A stretch of 64,000 nt of DNA from Alphaproteobacteria bacterium (lineage in GTDB: Bacteria > Pseudomonadota > Alphaproteobacteria > SMXQ01), in NCBI GenBank assembly GCA_038131655.1, contig JAYPPT010000004.1, forward strand, positions 56,767 to 120,766, read 5' to 3'. A program made the translations under genes and the position numbers. The stretch's first letter is position 1; the number at the start of each line of letters is the position of its first letter. Positions 59,358 through 64,000 of the stretch are shown piece by piece. Below the pieces are notes generated by a model. That model had not been told where the DNA came from. It ran no database searches and worked only from the letters and a program-made list of their open reading frames with translations.

Positions 59358-60632
59358 GTGAGTATCGGCAATCCCTTCGCCGGCGCCCTGCGCGCCCTCG
59401 GCCACCGCGACTACTGCTACTACACCGTCGGCAGCGTACTGTCGCTGATCGGCACCTGGGTGCAGCGCGTCGCGCTTGGCTGGCTGACGTGGGAAATCAC
59501 GTCTTCCTATGCCTGGCTCGGCATCATCGCTTTTTCGGACCTGTTCGCGATGATGCTGTTCGCGCCCTTCGCCGGCGATCTGGCCGACCGCATGGACCGC
59601 TTGCGCCTGTCGATCTGGGCACAAGTCAGCATGCTCGGGCAAGCCGTCGCCATCGCCCTCGCCTATTACACCGGGCTCGCCAATATCTGGGTGGTGTTCG
59701 CCCTCACGCTCGCGCTTGGCGTCATGCACGCCTATCACACCGGCGCGCGGCTGGCGCTCGTGCCCAACCTGGTGCCGCGTGAAGACCTGACCGCCGCCAT
59801 CGCCGTCAATTCGGTGATCTTCAACCTGGCGCGTTTTCTCGGCCCCGCGGTCGCCGGACTGGTGATCGTCAATCTTGGTGTCGGCCCCGCCTTTATCTTC
59901 AATGCCGTGTCCTTCGTGATCTTCCTGATCGCGCTCCTGCGCATTCGCAACGTGCGCATCGAAAGCGCCAACACATCGGGCGGCGGCATGTGGAGCAATA
60001 TCGCCGAAGGCGTGCGCTATTCCGTGCGCCACGCGGGCATCGGCCCGGTGCTGATCGTGCTGGCGGTTACCGCGCTGACCGGCCGCGCCCTGCCCGACCT
60101 GCTGGCGGGCTATGCCGACGGCGTGTTCGATCGTGGCGCGGAAGGACTGGCCTGGCTGACCTCGGCCATGGGGCTCGGCGCTACGCTGTCGGGCTTTTAC
60201 CTGCTCAGCCGCGACGGTATCAGCGGCATGACCAACGTCGTCTTCGCCAATGTTGCGCTGATGGCCGGGTCCTGTATCGCGCTGGTCGTGTTCGGGAATT
60301 TCTGGCTCAGCGTACCGCTGCTGGTACTGGCGGGCTTCGCCATGAACAATTCTTCCATCGCCACCCTGAACCTGATGCAGAACGCCGTGCACGGCCAGAT
60401 CCGGGGACGGGTGATGTCCATCTATACGGTGATCCTGCAAGGGGCGCCCGCGCTCGGCACGCTTCTGATCGGCGCGGTGGCGGAAGTGACCGGGCTGCCC
60501 TGGCCGGTGGCGATTTCTTCCGCCCTCGGTCTCGCGCTTTGGGCACTGATGCTGCCGCGCATCAAGCCGATCCGCGCCGCCCTGGAAATTGAAGCGCCGG
60601 ATGATAAAGTCGTGCAGAAGGCCACGTCATGA
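59358..60632 (+). CDS. MFS transporter (EntS/MFS_3-like, 12 TM)
   Basis: 424 aa, GTG start, hydrophobic throughout. The N-terminal RALGHRDYCYYTVGSVLSLIGTWVQRVALGWL is typical of the family. Confidence 0.8.
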   Translation: MSIGNPFAGALRALGHRDYCYYTVGSVLSLIGTWVQRVALGWLTWEITSSYAWLGIIAFSDLFAMMLFAPFAGDLADRMDRLRLSIWAQVSMLGQAVAIALAYYTGLANIWVVFALTLALGVMHAYHTGARLALVPNLVPREDLTAAIAVNSVIFNLARFLGPAVAGLVIVNLGVGPAFIFNAVSFVIFLIALLRIRNVRIESANTSGGGMWSNIAEGVRYSVRHAGIGPVLIVLAVTALTGRALPDLLAGYADGVFDRGAEGLAWLTSAMGLGATLSGFYLLSRDGISGMTNVVFANVALMAGSCIALVVFGNFWLSVPLLVLAGFAMNNSSIATLNLMQNAVHGQIRGRVMSIYTVILQGAPALGTLLIGAVAEVTGLPWPVAISSALGLALWALMLPRIKPIRAALEIEAPDDKVVQKATS

Positions 60633-61888
60633 TCGGCGGCGGCAACTGGGCCCATGTGGTGCAGGCGTTACGCCACCGCGACCACCGGTTGTTCAACATC
60701 ACCCTGACACCGGCGCTGATAAGCCTGTGGGCGCAACGCACCGGCGTCGGCTGGCTGGCCTGGGACCTGACCCATTCGCCGACATGGCTCGGCGTCATCG
60801 CCGCCGCCGACCTGCTGCCCGCCATGATCCTGGCACCGATGGCCGGCGTCACCGCCGACCGCTCCGATCCGGTGCGCATGATGTGGCTGACCCAGGCCAT
60901 TATCATGATCCATGCCGGGGCGTTATTCCTGATGACCTGGACCGGGGCGATCAATATCTGGTGGCTGCTCGGGTTCTCGGTGATTACCGGCTTTAACCAG
61001 CCCTATTCCACCGCCGCGCGCATGGTGTTCTACCCGACGCTGGTGCCGCGCGAAGACCTGGCCACCGCGGTCGCCATCAATTCCGCCATCTTCAATGGTG
61101 GACGCGCGCTCGGCCCGGCCATCGGCGGCCTGATGATCGCGCCCTTCGGCGTGGCGTCGCTGTTCTTCCTCAACTTCGCCGCCTTCGTTGCCCACAGCAT
61201 CAACTTCATCCGCATTCGCGGTGCCTTCGCCGATACCATCATTCGCCAGCGCAAGTCGGTCTGGCGCGAGATCGGCGATTCGGTCGCCTATGTCGCCAAG
61301 CATCCGGGCATCGGGCCCATGCTGGCGCTGCTGATGGTGACATCCATGGCGGCGCGCCCCGTGCAGGAAATGCTGCCCGGCTTCGCCGACGAGATTTTCT
61401 CGCGCGGGGCCTCGGGCCTCGGCTGGTTGCTGGCCTCGCTCGGCGCGGGCGGGCTGGCGGGGGCCGTGTGGCTGACCCAGCGCGGACCGGTCACCGGGCT
61501 CACCCGCGTCGTCGTCACCCAGACCCTGGTCATGGGGGCGACCGCCGCGGCCTTTGCGCTGTCGGGGAATTACTGGCTCGGCCTTGTTTGCATCTTCATG
61601 GTCGGTTTTACCCAGACCGTCACCGGCACCGGTACCCAGTCGCTTCTTCAAATGTCGGTGGCACCCGAAATGCGTGGCCGGGTGATGTCGCTCTATTCAC
61701 TGGTCTGGCGCGGCACGCCGGCCATCGGCGCCATCGTCGTCGGCTGGGTGGCGGAGCGCCTGGGCCTGTCATTGGCGGTCGCGGGCGCGGGCGCCGTCTG
61801 CATGATCGCCTGGCTATGGTCCCGGACCCTGCTCGGACGCATGACACCGTCGCTTGAATCCAATCCGGGAGCCGGAAAATCCAGCTAA
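60629..61888 (+). CDS. MFS transporter, tandem paralogue of the preceding gene
   Basis: 419 aa. Its start overlaps the upstream stop (ATGA). It is collinear with the upstream copy (QALRHRDHRLFNITLTPALISLWAQRTGVGWL...). Confidence 0.8.
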   Translation: MIGGGNWAHVVQALRHRDHRLFNITLTPALISLWAQRTGVGWLAWDLTHSPTWLGVIAAADLLPAMILAPMAGVTADRSDPVRMMWLTQAIIMIHAGALFLMTWTGAINIWWLLGFSVITGFNQPYSTAARMVFYPTLVPREDLATAVAINSAIFNGGRALGPAIGGLMIAPFGVASLFFLNFAAFVAHSINFIRIRGAFADTIIRQRKSVWREIGDSVAYVAKHPGIGPMLALLMVTSMAARPVQEMLPGFADEIFSRGASGLGWLLASLGAGGLAGAVWLTQRGPVTGLTRVVVTQTLVMGATAAAFALSGNYWLGLVCIFMVGFTQTVTGTGTQSLLQMSVAPEMRGRVMSLYSLVWRGTPAIGAIVVGWVAERLGLSLAVAGAGAVCMIAWLWSRTLLGRMTPSLESNPGAGKSS

Positions 61889-61977
61889 ACCGGGCCCCAT
61901 GCCCTTGCGATACGGGGGGTCCAGTGCCTACATTAGCGTTAGCCCTTCACATTCACTTGCGTTGAGACCGAGCGGCC

Positions 61978-62982
61978 ATGAGCCTGACCGAGACCCTGGA
62001 CTACACCGATGCCATCGCGCGCGAAACCGCCGGCATGTACGAGCGCGTGCGCCACGTCATCCCCGAGGTGGAGTGGCCCGTTCACGCTCCTTACGTCGCC
62101 GCCATCAACCGGCTGAAGAAGGAAAAGAACGCGGTCATCCTGGCCCATAACTACATGACGCCGGAAATCTTCCATTGTGTCGGCGACAAGGTCGGCGATT
62201 CCCTGGCCCTGGCCCAGATGGCGCAGACCACCGATGCCGACATCATCGTGCTGGCCGGGGTCCACTTCATGGCCGAAACGGCGAAGCTGATGAACCCGGA
62301 AAAGATTGTCCTGGTTCCCGACGCCAATGCGGGCTGCACGCTGGACGCTTCGATCACCGCCGCCGACGTGCGCGCGCTGAAGGAAAAATATCCGGGCCGC
62401 CCGGTGGTGACCTATGTCAACACCTCCGCCGCAGTAAAGGCCGAATCGGACATCTGCTGCACCTCGTCAAATGCCGTAAAGATCGTCGAAAGCCTGGGCG
62501 TGCCGGAAGTCATCATGACGCCGGACGAATACCTTGCGGGCTACGTCGCCTCCCAGACCAAGGTCAAGGTGATCCCCTGGAAGGGACACTGCATGGTGCA
62601 TGAGGCCTTCACGGCGGATGAAATTCGCGGCTACCGCAAGATGTACACCGACATTGCCGTCATCGCGCATCCCGAATGCCCGATGGACGTGCAGCAGGAA
62701 GCCGATTTCGTCGGCTCCACCGCCGCCATGATCAACTGGGTGCGCACCCGCAAGCCCAAGCACGTTTTCATGGTTACCGAATGTTCCATGAGCGACAACG
62801 TCGCGGCGGAAGAGCCGGAAATCGATTTCGTCCGGCCCTGCAACCTGTGTCCCTACATGAAGATGATTTCGCTGCCCAAAATCTTGCGGTCGCTGCAAAC
62901 CCTTGAGCCGAAGGTCGAAATCCCCGAGGACGTCGCCGTCCGCGCACGGCTTGCGGTCAGCCGCATGCTCGACGCCAGCTAG
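61978..62982 (+). CDS. nadA: quinolinate synthase
   Basis: 334 aa. [18 protein letters not shown] and PECP motifs, plus conserved cluster cysteines. Confidence 0.9.
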   Translation: MSLTETLDYTDAIARETAGMYERVRHVIPEVEWPVHAPYVAAINRLKKEKNAVILAHNYMTPEIFHCVGDKVGDSLALAQMAQTTDADIIVLAGVHFMAETAKLMNPEKIVLVPDANAGCTLDASITAADVRALKEKYPGRPVVTYVNTSAAVKAESDICCTSSNAVKIVESLGVPEVIMTPDEYLAGYVASQTKVKVIPWKGHCMVHEAFTADEIRGYRKMYTDIAVIAHPECPMDVQQEADFVGSTAAMINWVRTRKPKHVFMVTECSMSDNVAAEEPEIDFVRPCNLCPYMKMISLPKILRSLQTLEPKVEIPEDVAVRARLAVSRMLDAS

Positions 62983-64000
62983 GCGCCCGCCGCCGCCGAA
63001 AGGGGCGGCTTCAGCGCCGCCTCGATAGCGTCGCGATCAAGGGACTCATCCGCCTCCAGCGCCCTGACCAGTGATTCGATCCGCGCCCGGTGGGATCGGA
63101 TGATCTCCACCGCGTGGGCTTCCTCCTCGACCAGCAGCGCACGCACCGCCTTGTCCACCGCGCTCGCCGATTCCTCGGAAAAACGGCGCGGCAACGCGAT
63201 CTCGCGGCCGAGGAACGGATACTCATCGCTTTCGCCCAGGTCCACCGGCCCCAGGTCTTCCGACATGCCCCAGCGCCCTACCATGGCGCGGGCCAGTTGC
63301 GTGGCGCCGCGAATATCGTCATCGGCGCCGGATGAAATCTCGCCGAGGATTTCCTTTTCCGCCGCCCGTCCCGCCAGCATCACCGCCAGGCGCGCGCGCA
63401 GGTAGGCTTCGGGCAGGGTATGGCGTTCTTCTTCCGGCAGCTGGTAGGTGGCGCCGAGCGCCCGGCCACGCGGGATGATCGTCACTTTGTACAGCGGATC
63501 GGCTTCCGGCAAGTAGTAAGCGGCAGCGACATGCCCCGATTCATGCACCGCGAGACGATGACGTTCATCGGGCTGGATCGCCAGCGTGCGCACGGTGCCC
63601 AGCATGATGCGGTCGCGCATATCGTCGAAATGATGCATGGCGACATCATCGGCACCGTCGCGCGCCGCCGCCAAAGCCGGTGCCGCGCACGCGGCCCACC
63701 GCGTCCAGTTCATCGATAAAGATGATCGAAGGCTGACGCGCCTTGGCCTCGTCGAACATGCGCCGCACGCGCGAAGCGCCGACGCCGACGAAAACCTCGA
63801 TGAATTCGGACGCGGAAATCGAATAGAAAGGCACCCCCGCTTCCCCGGCAAGCGCACGGGCCAGCAGCGTCTTGCCGGTACCCGGCGGCCCCATGAGCAA
63901 GATACCACGCGGCACTTCGGCGCCGAGCCGCGTATACTTTTCCGGCTTGCGCAGGAAGTCCGCCAGCTCCGCCACCTCGCGCTTGGCGTTGTCCTGCCCG
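62979..64000 (-). pseudogene. second FtsH-family AAA+ metalloprotease, 5-prime end outside window, carrying a frameshift and a ~100-codon internal deletion
   Basis: 63646..63975 encodes ...[49 protein letters not shown]...[21 protein letters not shown]. The next frame (62979..) resumes at [23 protein letters not shown]...HESGHV (HExxH). The SRH/arginine-finger region present in the first ftsH copy is missing. Confidence 0.7.

Noticed and set aside
57460-60440. Very long minus-strand ORFs (538 aa and 479 aa) opposite the ior and MFS genes. Similar cases: 9811..10560, 11059..12186, 12760..13635, 23156..23956, 26227..27369, 28555..29334, 29093..29977, 30097..30909, 32247..33416, 41602..42807, 45048..46262, 46333..47580, 47596..48354, 50131..51450, 53871..54713, 55822..56682 and 60923..61651
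   Set aside because: All lie antisense to genes with strong family signatures. They are rich in Arg/Gly/Ala/His/Asp, lack any motif and are expected by chance in stop-codon-poor high-GC DNA.

Overview
High-GC (two counted lines were 78% GC) chromosomal core segment from an alphaproteobacterium. The Rhodospirillales-like assignment is inferred from gene content: three-gene pntAA/pntAB/pntB, rcdA/DUF1013/DUF1192 cell-cycle genes and CtrA-type motifs. Coding density is very high. From left to right: (1) a 14-kb co-directional minus-strand block glmM-folP-ftsH-tilS-cpoB-pal-tolB-tolA-tolR-tolQ-ybgC-ruvB-ruvA-ruvC-yebC; (2) ymdB-like, 5-formyl-THF cyclo-ligase, a probable 6S RNA and zapA; (3) a MacAB/Lol-like ABC efflux trio; (4) fbaB, a VOC protein and thiE; (5) a single low-GC orphan gene; (6) a TctC-like binding protein and D-aminoacylase; (7) epmA-epmB-efp and suhB; (8) an OmpA-like/MotA-like/MotB-like cluster; (9) an ABCB exporter, rpmE, rcdA, hsp20, DUF1192, DUF1013, DUF465, TIGR02444 and pfk; (10) a decayed GGDEF gene, purEK, COQ9-like, def and rpsU; (11) pntAA/AB/B, a secreted hydrolase, pepF and an acyl-CoA ligase; (12) a second TctC-like protein, a pentapeptide-repeat protein and an epimerase; (13) fused indolepyruvate:ferredoxin oxidoreductase, two tandem MFS genes, nadA and a second, damaged ftsH-family gene. 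I found no tRNA, rRNA, CRISPR array, transposase, integrase or prophage genes. Two things stand out as possibly novel. One is a roughly 0.9-kb low-GC single-gene insertion at 22.2-23.1 kb. It is an orphan 303-aa ORF that may belong to the P4 Beta-protein family, recalled from memory only. The other is a three-gene PMF-stator-like cluster with long coiled coils at 30.1-33.3 kb, separate from the Tol-Pal system in the same window. Neither is proven. A notable quality issue is a 6.6-kb block (1.8-8.4 kb) where five consecutive, mostly essential genes are broken by many frameshifts. A few more broken genes occur elsewhere. This is most simply explained by sequence or assembly errors. Most long ORFs in the supplied track that are not listed below are antisense or alternate-frame shadows typical of GC-rich DNA.
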